A DNA stretch of 64,000 nucleotides from Octopus sinensis. Its lineage: Eukaryota. The stretch lies in NCBI RefSeq assembly GCF_006345805.1, contig NC_042999.1, positions 98,208,001-98,272,000 of the forward strand, read 5' to 3'. This document shows positions 24,301 to 36,941 of the stretch, piece by piece. The position numbers and the translations under genes are program-made. Each line of letters opens with the position of its first letter. Position 1 is the first letter of the stretch. A model generated the notes under the pieces. It saw only the letters and a list, made by a program, of their open reading frames with translations, had not been told where the DNA came from and searched no databases.

Positions 24301-24900
24301 CCCAGTTGATGTTGAAATTCCAATGAAGGAGCCTTAAATCTAGATTAGAAACCTGTTCTTTCTCTATTGGTAAGAAATCTTGAAATCAAACTGAATAATG
24401 ATATGCATACATAGCTACATACCTATCTACCTACCTACATACCTACCTACCTATCTACCTACCTACCTACATACATACATACATACATACATACATACAT
24501 ACATACATACATACATACATACTACATACATACATACATACATACAAAAACACACAGTTGATGTTGAAATTCCAATGAACGAGCTTTGAGTCTAGGTTAG
24601 AAAGCGGCTCTTTCTCTATTGGTAAGAAATCTTGAAATCAAACTGCAAAATGGCATACATATATATATGTATATACATAAATACATGCATACATATATAT
24701 ATATATATATATATACATACATACATACATACATACATACATACATACATACATACATACATACATACATACATACATACATACATACATACAAAACTAC
24801 CCAATTGATGTTAAAGTTCCAATAAAGGAGCCTTGGATCTAATGTTAGAAACAGGGTTTTTCTGTGTTGTTAAGAAATCTTGAAATCAATCTGAATAATG
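24301..24900 (+). repeat. Three ~100-bp diverged units (24301-24400, 24553-24652, 24800-24900) separated by microsatellite; probable LINE 3' termini
   Basis: Unit consensus CCCAGTTGATGTTGAAATTCCAATGAAGGAGCCTT..TCTAG.TTAGAAAC...TCTTTCTCTATTGGTAAGAAATCTTGAAATCAAACTGAATAATG, each running into CATAC-type sequence. Confidence 0.85.
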
Positions 24901-25219
24901 GCATACATACTCACAACCGCATACTCAGAGACATGCTTTAACTCATATACACACTCAAAAACACCTAAAGAACACATATACTAATTCGCACAAACACACA
25001 CATATACATAAATCACTGTACATCTTAGACAAATTAGTACAACTAGATATTCTTTTATTACTATTTACAACAGTAATACTAACCTTATTACTGTAATATA
25101 CAAAATATTATCGCTCTGCATTACTTTGCCACTTTACCGCCCCTGCATACCGATTTATGTAACTTTCCACACCCATCACACAGCATCCTGTTGGGAATTA
25201 TGTACACATGAGATGCTCA

Positions 25220-25253
<34 letters not shown>

Positions 25254-25743
25254 CCTCTCGCTATCTCTCATTCTCTCTCTTTCTCACCCGCTCTCTCTTT
25301 AACTCGTTCTCACTTCACTCCACTCTTCCATTCACTTTCACTCCTGTTTAACTATCTGCACTCACACACACACATACACACACATGCACACACACTCACG
25401 CACACATACACACACACGTACATAATATACAGACATATACTTCATACATGTGTGTGTTCGTGTATCTGTTTCTCCCTGACTGAGTTTATATGTGGGAAGA
25501 TGTCTAAATGTATATATATAGAGAGAGAGGGATGTTATGAGAGGTAATGATGTCAATAAGACCCAAAGGTGTCAGGTAATGCTGAGTAAGCTGAGTAATG
25601 CATAGTTAAGCTCCAGGTTCGGTGATTATGCGAATGAGTCCAACGTAGGTCGTATATCAGCATGTGTATATATTAAATTTTTTTTTCAGAATGAGATAGA
25701 AATCCAAGGCTGTGAAAGATTTTAGAACATTTATAAATAGAAG

Positions 25744-25791
25744 GTCTTACAGCTGTTTCTGGGATATTTTATATATCACTTCATCGGAGAC
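25744..25791 (-). ncRNA. Minimal hammerhead ribozyme motif (CCGAUGA core variant)
   Basis: Minus: GTCT-CCGATGA-A-GTGATAT-ATAAA-ATATCCC-A-GAAA-CAGCTGTA-AGAC. 4-bp stem I, palindromic stem III ACAGCTGT, predicted GUA cleavage after 25748. Confidence 0.65.
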
Positions 25792-26017
25792 GGTGTGAGA
25801 AAATGGTTAAGCAATAGTTATTTTAGAAAGATATGAAATAGAGAGTGAAGTGGAGTCACTTTAAGTAAAACCCTCAATTCAATAACACCGTGTACAAACT
25901 CTATACCTGGAATGACCAATTCCAAGGTGCTATTGAATCGAAGGTTTTATTTAAAGTGACTCTCCACTTCACTCTCTATTTCATATCTTATCTAAAATAA
26001 CTTTTGCTTAACCATTT

Positions 26018-26063
26018 TCTCCGATGAAGGGATATATAGAATATCTCGGAAACAGCTGTAAGA
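26018..26063 (+). ncRNA. Minimal hammerhead ribozyme motif (CCGAUGA core variant), mirror copy
   Basis: TCT-CCGATGA-A-GGGATAT-ATAGA-ATATCTC-G-GAAA-CAGCTGTA-AGA; stem I is shortened by the 10-nt deletion relative to the left arm. Confidence 0.6.
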
Positions 26064-26429
26064 CCTATTTATAAATGTTCTAAAAGCTTTCTTTTTTCTT
26101 TTTCCTTACATTTCTTTTTCCTACTTTTATTCCACATTTCTGTTCATTATTTACTAAAATAGTATTATTCGAACAACTTCTAGTTATATAATTTTAGTTT
26201 GTCATGTCTTAGTATACGATGTAAATAGCAAAATAAGTTCATATAAGATAGACCTGAAGAGTAGCAATATAATCGTTTTAATATGGTATTGAATAGAGAC
26301 ATTCTATTTCAGCAATATCGAGAAATATGTTGTCATGAAACGCGCGTAGTCTAGATAATGTAAAGTATATGATTTGTAATAAGAATTGAAGATATTAATT
26401 TTGATAATTTTAATATTTAGTCCTATATC

Positions 26430-26575
26430 TACATATTGTAGATAATAAGCTGCTTTTCCAGATAAGCCATCTCTTAGACCCTACTACATGTCTAAACTCA
26501 AGGACAGAACTTTTCGGATCATGCCCATATGTGACTAAATTTCTGTTACGTTTTTGGTCCCCTAAAGAAAACAGA
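26430..26575 (+). mobile_element. Penelope-like GIY-YIG endonuclease C-terminal remnant
   Basis: ISHLLDPTTCLNSRTELFGSCPYVTKFLL resembles the LNKRSEL.S.CRH.NKFLL terminus of Penelope-type ORFs. Confidence 0.6.
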
Positions 26576-26765
26576 TAGAACATGCTTTCTATGTTATGTC
26601 CCAAGAAGGTTTTTTTTACCTCATCATACCTTCTATCATATATTTTTTATATATATTTTATGTATATTTTTTATATATTTTTTATATATTTTTTATGTAT
26701 TTTCATATAATTTTTTAGGGCGAAAAATGCGAGTGAAGATGTGTACGTTTACATAGCGATGTATA

Positions 26766-26865
26766 NNNNNNNNNNNNNNNNNNNNNNNNNNNNNNNNNNN
26801 NNNNNNNNNNNNNNNNNNNNNNNNNNNNNNNNNNNNNNNNNNNNNNNNNNNNNNNNNNNNNNNNN
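26766..26865. other. Assembly gap (100 N)
   Basis: Run of exactly 100 N. Confidence 1.
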
Positions 26866-27021
26866 AACACCAATTTTACCTTTTCGGTACACTTAAACAT
26901 ATTATTTATCTATTTATTTATTATTTATTATTTATCATTTATTTATTTCAATTCTATAATTTTTATTTTTCCATGCATATGTATATGTGTAAGTATATGT
27001 GCATGCGTGCATGTGAATCTA

Positions 27022-27067
<46 letters not shown>

Positions 27068-27099
27068 TATATATATACATACATACATACACAACACAT

Positions 27100-27130
<31 letters not shown>

Positions 27131-27146
27131 TATATACATACATACA

Positions 27147-27185
<39 letters not shown>

Positions 27186-27849
27186 ATATATATATATATA
27201 CGTATATGTGTGTGTGCAGATATATACATGTGTGTTGTAAATATATATGTATTTGTGTGGTGTGTATATGTGTATGTATGTATGTATTTATGTATGTATA
27301 CACCTTCGTCATACATCTGTGGTTATATTTATTTTTAACAGTCAGAATAATTATTATAAAATATTACTGCCAACTCAGCATATTATATTCGCTGAGTCCT
27401 ATATTTCAGTCGCGGATATCCCTAGTTTTAGGATTAGGAATACAAATATATGTGTGTGTGCATTTATGCATGTATATGAACGTGCGACTGTGTGCGTGTG
27501 TGTGTGTATTTATGTATGTATACGTATATATATGTATATATGTGTATATATTATTTGATTCTGTTGTTATATTCGTTGTTGGTCTCTTCTCTGTCTATTG
27601 CTATTTGTATCTCCTGTCTATCTCTGTGTGTGTCTTTCTCGTCTCTCTGCAACCATATATATATACATACATGCACACATACATACACACATACATACAT
27701 ACATACATACATACATACATACATACATTCATACATATATTTACATGTATATGTGTGAGTGTAATACACACACATATCGGTATGAATATTTCTATAATTG
27801 TTCCCCTCTCCCAATATCTCTCTTTCGTCCACTTCTCTGTCTGTCGTTA

Positions 27850-27907
<58 letters not shown>

Positions 27908-28249
27908 TCTACTGATTTACTCTTTCTGTTTTCCTCTCTCCAACTTTTGTCTTACAATATCTGCCTTTCTTTGCTGCTTTATTTCATTCGCCATTTCACC
28001 CTGTAATGTAAAGATAAGGTGTTTTAGCCACGAGAAATACAAAAAAAAAAAAAAAGGAAAAGAAAGAATACGAAGAAGATGAGGTGAGAGAAAGAGTGAT
28101 CAGTAACATGAAGAAATAAAGAATCGACGAAAGAATGAAAAAAAAGGTGGCGTGGGGAAGGACTGGCATGAAGGAAAAGTGAAAAAGAAAGAGTGAACAA
28201 AGACATAAATGCCGGATTTCTTGTGATGTACAAATAAATTTAATATAGC

Positions 28250-29339
<1,090 letters not shown>

Positions 29340-29690
29340 TATGTATGTATGTATGTATGTATGTATGTATGTATGTAGTATGTATGTATGTATGTATGTA
29401 TGTACGTATGCATGTATGAATGCACGTACTCTGTATGTACTATATGTCTATCCTCGCTTGTATTCATGTATGTATATATTTTTTAATATACAGACAACCG
29501 CTTCAGTTCAATTTAGTTCATTCCCATTGTATGAATTTTTGTGTGCAAACGTGCGTGCATCTGTACATATACATATATATCTATGTGTGTATGTTTGTGT
29601 ACGTGTGCGTGCGCAATGTGCGCATGTGCATTCAAGTATAATAGCGTAGGCACGTACGTCATTGTGAATAACATATATATATATATATAT

Positions 29691-29731
<41 letters not shown>

Positions 29732-29773
29732 GTGTACGTGTGTGTGTGTGTATATACACATATAGATATGCAG

Positions 29774-29844
<71 letters not shown>

Positions 29845-29940
29845 CATATTTGTAGGAAGATACGTATGTTCGCGCCCGTATATGTGTGTGTGTACGTATG
29901 TACGTGCGTGTGACTAACTATGTATGTGTGTGCGTGTGTG

Positions 29941-30001
<61 letters not shown>

Positions 30002-30829
30002 TAAATGTTAGTGCTGTTTGTCTATGTACGTGAATTCATATATAATGAGTTTTAGGATAATATGAATGAAGATCAAAGGAAAAGCTAAATGTACATATGT
30101 GTATGTTCGTCTATGTCTTTGTGTGTGGTTTTATGTTGCGTGTATGTTGTGAGTGAGTGTGCACATGCACGTCTGTACTTGTGTATATGTATTTATGTAT
30201 TTATGCGTAATGTATGTATGTATGTAAGTATAAACGGATGACTGGATTGGTGGATGGATGGATGGACGGATGTGTGTTATGTTCGTACACATATATGTCT
30301 ACATACATTCATATATTAGGTGCATAGAAAAGGAGAGAGAGGAGGACGCGCAAGTATAGAAATCGAGAGAGGGAATACCTAGTGATAGTGAGAAAGTGGT
30401 AGTTATAGATATATTAATAGAAATAAGTGTAGGAGGGAGGAGAGAAAGAGAGAATGACAATGAAAAAAAGCACACACACATACTCACACGCACGCACACA
30501 CACACGCACGCACGCACGCACACACACAGACACAGACAGACAGACAGACACACACACATACACACACAAAAGCAACTGAAATAGAGACATGATAAAGTGG
30601 TTCATAATTAGTAGGAAAATGAGTTGAGGGAAGAGTAAAAGGAATAATAGGGAGGAAAAAACATCCCTAAAATGCATGTATCTGTGCGTGTGTGTGTGTG
30701 TGTGTGTGTGAATGTGTGTATGTGTGTGTGTATAGATATATAGGTAAATAGGTACAGGATAGTTTGATAAGTGCTAAGGTACGAAATTGTCGGCCCTTGA
30801 GTCACTCTCTCACTTTCTCTCTCTCTCTC

Positions 30830-30899
<70 letters not shown>

Positions 30900-31055
30900 G
30901 AGAGAGAGGTGAGGGGAGAGAGAAATCTTGAACTGAGTAACTTGTGGAAAATAAAATTTAATTTTATATATATATAATGTGCTGAGGTGATTATATATAC
31001 AACGGTGGTAGATGAGGGTTGAATGTATATATCGATATATATGTATATATAGTAT

Positions 31056-31087
<32 letters not shown>

Positions 31088-31217
31088 TATCTATATATAT
31101 AATTTCCGCGAGCAACATGGATTTACGTCGGGAAAAAATTGCTTTGAATATGTATCTTCCCGGTAACATAGGGACAAGAAGTGTACATATTCATTCATAC
31201 TATACATACATATGTAT

Positions 31218-31440
31218 AAAGTGAAAACTGTTATATATCTCGGAGCTTCTTTGAGCAAGGACCACAGTTCAATGAAGAAATCAAAGCAAGATTTGATCTT
31301 GTTTAATTTGGTCTGATGAAACTGGAGTCACATAAAAAGTAGTTCCAGTAGTTTTTGCTCGTTGCTCTTGCTGTACAAATCCCTGAATGCTACTATGAAA
31401 ATGGAAGACGAACGCCTGTTGGAAAGTATCTGAGTGTTTG
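31218..31440 (+). mobile_element. RTE-clade LINE RT C-terminal remnant
   Basis: Across frames: KVKTVIYLGAS, EEIKARF and LLYKSLNATMKMEDERLLESI correspond to YLGS, EIKARI and LLYGxETWT.K..E.RL motifs. Confidence 0.6.
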
Positions 31441-32214
31441 TACACAAGAACTTCAGAAACTGCTGCGCAACTGTAAGTTCTTTGTTGACTGTAAATGTTA
31501 AGTCATCTGTTCATTCAGTTATGAATCCTTTGATGATTGCCCATTTTAGAAACCAGCTGCAATGGAAGATGTAGCCGCACCTTTGTGAATGGATAGCTAT
31601 AGCTACCACCTATATGGCACTTACCGTCTGTCTTTGCGAAAGAAGAAACTATGGAAGTAGTGTTATTTCACTGTCACAAATATGAGCAATACTTTTATTG
31701 CTACAACTCAACGATCACATTAAAAGAGAAGACACTTGTGAAATAAGGATTTACAGTGACGCATTTTCCGGTATCATTATGTTTGTTGTAAAAAAGGTAT
31801 ATGTAGTTGGAGGGTTACTCAAGATGACTGATACTTTCTCTCAGCCTCAGGAAGGGCCTAACGGAAATCCAGTCTGTCACTAGATTTTGTGTTTTATTCT
31901 TCGGAGTATGACTCTTGAGCTCATCACGTTGGAAGAAAAATACAGATAGGGTGACCCCCATCATGGCTAAGGAATCTTATCTACTCTTGTCTTAAACGTT
32001 CTGACAGTAACTAGAGTTCCAGTATTCAGAAAGTGCTCTTACAGTGTACTCGTTCATCATCATAGGTATTTGTCTTTGTGCTGGGTTCATCCGTGCTTTT
32101 GACAAGTCTGACTTTTTACTTTCTGGTAACCCTCCTTACCAGACTAGCCTAATGGGGTTCTGGTGTAGTCGTTGACGACGATATTAAATAGCAGGTACTG
32201 AATTACATATTCTT

Positions 32215-33100
32215 AGTATCACTCAAAGCGACCTGACTCAAAGCACAAGACAAACAACATTTTCAGGCAACAAGCCACTATATATACTGTCAGGCAAGAA
32301 TCATTCAGATACAGAAGACCGATGGTTATGGATGCAGAGGAGTGACTTGAAGATAGAGACAGAAACACTTATATGCGCGGCACAAGAACAAGCGTTAAGG
32401 ACGAACTATGTGAAGTGCAGAATTAACAACACAACTGAGAGTGACAAATATAGAATGTGTAGTGAGAGGGGTGAAACGGTATGGCATATTGTTCGCGAAT
32501 TGTGGAAAAATTTGCACAACTCGACTACAAAAGACGACATGCCAATGTGGTAAGGATGATCCATTGGGATTTCTGTGGCAATCACGGCACACAAAGAGAA
32601 AGACCAAATCCTAACAGGAGTTACTGAGATTGAAGACTACAAAATCCTGTGGATACAATGATTCAGTGTGATCATCAGATCAGACATCGGCAACCTCACA
32701 TTGTTGTGGTGAACAAAAAAAAAAGAAGAAAAAGCTTGCATGATAATCAACATAGCATGTCTCGATGACAACGGTATCAAAGAGAAAGAAGAAAAACTGA
32801 GCAGCTATGACGATTTGGAGTGGGAAATACGCATGTTGTGGGCAACGAAGAGAGTGGACGTGATACCAGTAGTAATTGGCGCCCTTGAAAGTATCAGCAC
32901 TCAACTACCAACAATGCTCAAAAAGACTGGTTCAAATGTACAGATAGAACACCTACAAAAATCCTCATTGCATGGCCCTGCAGTGTTCTCCTTAGGGTTC
33001 TTGAAACATGATCAGTAAACAAGTTTCATCTTAGTCTGCTGGCTGTGAACAGCTGACACTTTCCATCATACCCTGCAAAACAAGCTGAGAGTTTTCATCA
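32215..33100 (+). mobile_element. R4/Dong-like LINE 3' portion, decayed (CCHC and RLE domain, 3' UTR, (AAT)n tail)
   Basis: RSDLKIETETLICAAQEQALRTNY..RMCSERGETVWHIV; DIACLDDNGIKEKEEEKLSSYDDLEWEIRMLW..VIPVVIGAL-type motifs with stops and frameshifts. Confidence 0.9.
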
Positions 33101-33115
33101 AATAATAATAATAAC

Positions 33116-33158
<43 letters not shown>

Positions 33159-33171
33159 TAATAATAACAAT

Positions 33172-33228
<57 letters not shown>

Positions 33229-33239
33229 AATAATACATG

Positions 33240-33415
33240 AAACAAATAGGGGCTGCAATAAGGGTTGAGCACTTGCAGAAAACAGCATTGCTTGGAACTG
33301 TTCGAATGCTGCGGATGGTGGTCGAAAAATAAGGGGTGTTACCTTAGTTCACTGGTAGTGAAAAGCTGGCACCGTGGTACCTCTCCAGCGATAGAAGCTG
33401 CACAAAGGCAATAAA
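33240..33415 (+). mobile_element. Severely 5'-truncated R4/Dong-like 3' tip between (AAC/AAT)n tracts
   Basis: HLQKTALLGTVRMLRMVVEK* plus a 3' UTR similar to 33020-33100, then (AAT)n. Confidence 0.8.
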
Positions 33416-33430
33416 TAATAATAATAATAA

Positions 33431-33519
<89 letters not shown>

Positions 33520-33544
33520 TGATGATGATGATGATTTCATTTAT

Positions 33545-35279
33545 TTTCCACAAGGACAAAGGATGAGTATCCAACAGCCCCATGTCTGGGATGAATGCGA
33601 ATGAAACACGAATCGGGACCTAGCTCCAGAGCAATGTTTGGATGAAAATACGGGACCAACCGATGTTCACCTATCTCCTAGTGAGGACCATGATTATGGT
33701 CCCCAACGCAAAAATGTGAATGAGAACAGTCCTAATTTATGGGTAGTAAGAGCTCTGCAGTCTTGGTTGACAGTCTTACTAGAGATGTTGTCTCGATAAA
33801 AATACCGGTTGGTGGCTAACCTTAAAACACAAAGTGTATCAAATAATCGTCATTCAGAGACTGCTTATACACAAAGTCCAAAAGCAGAGAAGGTGGAATA
33901 AAGAGGCAAACCGAACTGTGATTCAATACTGTATCAGAAGTGAACCCAACAGAAGGGAATTTCAACAACGCACGGGAGTAAAATGGAATGAAATAGGACT
34001 CTTCGAAATAAGTGAGCAACGGCTAGCCGACCAGGCAAGATCAATATGAACAAAAGGGTGGTTAACAGACATAGAGATTTAAGAGATAAAAAGGAAAGTA
34101 GAAAACAATAATAATACTTCTCCAGCAGATAACGTGCCCAGCGAGCTCAGAGAAATGAATGGCGGCAGAGAAGACGTAGAGCAAAGTGTAAATGTAAATG
34201 CACTATCAGTGAATGAAGCAGAAGTAAAGGGAAGAGCTATATAACACGATTACGATGATGATGATGATCAACAAGACATAGAGAGGATGATGTGCTGATA
34301 TATTAGAGAAGACCAGGATCAATCCCCCCGCCCCAATCTGAGGTACGTTGATCGACGCAAGCTCAAAGCTGAAACCGAAAGGATAGATTCTGTCCTTGGA
34401 CTATTCCAGATGGGAAATATAACTGAAACTAACAAGATTATTTGGGCTGCAGCTATGGTTGCTGCAGAGAGAGTTGGATACAAAAGAAGAGAAGAAACCG
34501 AACGCAAAGAACCATACTGGCATAGAGGAATTTGTGAGAAACAAAATTAAAAAGACATTTAGAACAAGTTGATAGATTGAAAAGAGGGGAATTGCAGAAC
34601 GAAAGTATATAAATAAGGCGGGAAAAACATATAGAATAAAAGATAAAGGGTATGGTGTGATATTGGAAGAATTGAAACAAACAGTAGTAGCAATCAAAGC
34701 AAATTTTGGAAAGATACGACATTAAAACAAAACAATTCAAGCAAAACAGATTACTTGAAGCAAATCAGAAGAAACAGTGTCAGGAATTAGATGGGCAATT
34801 ACGCGTAACATTGTTACCAGATGCAGAGGAAAGCCAGAGCATTCTGGAGAGGGACCTGAGACCAACCTATAAAGCATAATGATGAAGCGGAGTGGCTGCA
34901 TGAAATCCTTGATAGGTTAAAAAACATAGACGGCCAAGACAACATAAAAGTAACTACAGAAATGATAAAAAAAACAGTTAAGGAAACTCCCAAATTGGAA
35001 GAGCCCAAGACCGGATAGAGTCTAAGCTGAGAGGGCTCCACGAAAGGATAGCACAACAGCTGGATGACAAAAAGAAAGACATTGTTATGTGCCAATGATC
35101 TTGAAATGGGTAATGCTGCATTCAACTTTCGACCAATAACGTGTCTTCCGCTAATGTGGATACTATTGTCAGGTGCTTTGGCCGGTGAACTGTATAGGTA
35201 CTTAGAAAAAAGTGGGCTGCTACCTATAGAAGAGAAAGGGTGCCGAAAGAGGAACCGGGGAACGAAAGATCAGCTCATT
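33545..35279 (+). mobile_element. R4/Dong-like LINE 5' portion to early RT, decayed
   Basis: KQRRWNKEANR..EQRLADQARSI N-terminal motif; NFRPITCLPLMW..EEKGCRKRNRGTKDQLI early RT motifs; ends abruptly after TKDQLI. Confidence 0.9.
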
Positions 35280-36080
35280 CGCTACAGCCACCAGGCAAAG
35301 GAAAACTGCATTGCCTGCCCGATTGAAGGAGGGTTGGGGGAATCATCACTACAGACTCGGCCAATAGACGGATCCGTTCCACAGGTGACGGCAGCTGTTC
35401 TACATAACCCCACAAATCAGAAGTGCTCAGTCACTGAACGAATACGGGCAGAACGGTTTCATTACTCTGCGCGCGCCTCGGAAAGCCTGTCTGAGAGCAC
35501 ATCAGTGCCTCTAGAGTTTATCTCCAACCGGTAACGCCCCCACCACCCAGTAGCACTGCGTGTCTGTGCATTAGGAGCCACAGCATACCTAATCCGCCAC
35601 TCAGAGGATGCTGGCAACAGATTGACCGTCTGACCATTGGAACACGTCCCTGTCACAAAAATTTAAATAGGAAACGCTCCAACCAGTCAAGCAGTAACTA
35701 GGACAAGGCACGACGGTCAGGCGATAAATGATAACGGAGGCGGTGTGGGCATTCGCCACTTCTGTCTGACCTTTCAGAGACAACTTCCTTTCAACCCATT
35801 TCTGGGTAAGATTGGCCACCCTGTTCACCACCTCATCTCAGTTCTTATCAACCTGGAGGCCAGGACCAAGCCAGATTTCGAGCAGTTCAACTGGTTCATC
35901 AGCCAAGCGTCCGACAACGCCGTCCGATGGCACCGACTTGCCCTTCTGTGCCCCAGTTTGAAAGGGATGTCCCTTAGCTATTCCAACTTCCGCAGCATTG
36001 GCTCAAGTGTCAATACGTACAGAAGAGGCGAAAGCGGGCAGCCCTGACGGACCGAGCGTGCGATGCTAAACGGTTCCGAT
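35280..36080 (-). mobile_element. L1/Tx1-clade ORF2 fragment (RT and downstream), internally deleted
   Basis: Minus: SEPFSIARSVRQGCPLSPLLYVLTLEP; KWVERKLSLKGQTEVANAHTASVIIYRLTVVPCP; GC-rich relative to flanks. Confidence 0.85.
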
Positions 36081-36098
36081 AACAACAACAACAACAAC

Positions 36099-36155
<57 letters not shown>

Positions 36156-36941
36156 TCAGATATTCTGAATAATAAATGGCAAGAAAAACCTCTCTATGGC
36201 AAATACCCAAAGAGAGCGAATAATGCAGATATCGACAAAGCTCTGACCCATCAATGGCTAATGGCCTCTGGCTTAAAATCTGAAACAGAGGGGTTTATCA
36301 TAGCAGCTCAAGATCAATGCCTACCAACAAGAAACTACCAGGCCAACATATTAAAGATCAGAAGCAGTCCAACGTGTCGTGTATGCAAGCAACAAAATGA
36401 AACCATTGACCATGTGGTCTCCAAGTGCAGTCTTCTAGCGCCTACAGAGTATCTCAACAGGCACGATAGAGCTGCACAATATATTCACTGGGTAATCTAT
36501 AAAAACCTGGATTTGCCCCATGAAAAAAACTGGTGGGAACACAAACCACCCCCAGTGCTTGAAAATGACCACATCTCACTCCTCTGGAACTTCACCATTC
36601 AAACTGACAGGAAGATAGATGCAAATAGGCCAGACATCATATTGAAAGACTTCAAACAAAGAACATGCCTCCTCATTGATATGACTGTCCCAATCGATAT
36701 AAACGTATCTGTCAAGACCTACCAAAAACTGAGCAAATATAAAGATCTTGAAATAGAAATCAGCAAAATGTGGAAGCTGAAGACTAAAACAATACCTGTT
36801 GTCATAGGTGCCCTGGGAATGATAGCAAAAGGGGCTGATAGCTACCTAACTCAGATACCAGGAAACCCAAAAATGGCAGAAGTTCAAAAGATAGTGCTCA
36901 TGGGAACTGCTCATATCCTACGCAAAATACTCTCTATGTAA
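36156..36941 (+). CDS. Intact C-terminal CCHC zinc knuckle and restriction-like endonuclease (PD-(D/E)xK) of an R4/Dong-like LINE; 5'-truncated insertion spanning ~36156-37170
   Basis: CRVCKQQNETIDHVVSKC (C-x2-C-x8-H-x4-C), RHD, RPDIIL..LIDMTVP..KLSKYKDL..IPVVIGALG; no stops; flanked by (AAT)n at 36100-36155 and at ~37156-37170. Confidence 0.92.
   Translation, partial: SDILNNKWQEKPLYGKYPKRANNADIDKALTHQWLMASGLKSETEGFIIAAQDQCLPTRNYQANILKIRSSPTCRVCKQQNETIDHVVSKCSLLAPTEYLNRHDRAAQYIHWVIYKNLDLPHEKNWWEHKPPPVLENDHISLLWNFTIQTDRKIDANRPDIILKDFKQRTCLLIDMTVPIDINVSVKTYQKLSKYKDLEIEISKMWKLKTKTIPVVIGALGMIAKGADSYLTQIPGNPKMAEVQKIVLMGTAHILRKILSM

Larger units (their letters stand above)
25714..26091. repeat. 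Long imperfect palindrome (arms 25714-25889 and 25926-26091), Penelope-like inverted terminal repeat
   Basis: Arms are reverse complements apart from scattered mismatches and one 10-nt indel; each arm holds a hammerhead motif. Confidence 0.9.

Noticed and set aside
24301-24900. CRISPR-like repeat-spacer appearance
   Set aside because: Units are ~100 bp and diverged, spacers are microsatellites, the context is eukaryotic and there are no cas genes.
31355-31475. FLLVALAVQIPECYYENGRRTPVGKYLSVCTQELQKLLRN looks like a signal peptide plus insulin B-chain before a GTAAGT donor
   Set aside because: In-frame stops lie immediately upstream, and other frames match RTE reverse-transcriptase motifs (YLG, EIKAR, LLY...ERLL), which explains the region better.
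33650-33735. HDV-like ribozyme resemblance in the Dong-like 5' region (GGGACCA...ATCTCCTAGTG...TGGTCCC)
   Set aside because: P3 cannot form directly before the P1 3' strand and there is no catalytic C in the would-be J4/2; at most a decayed relic.
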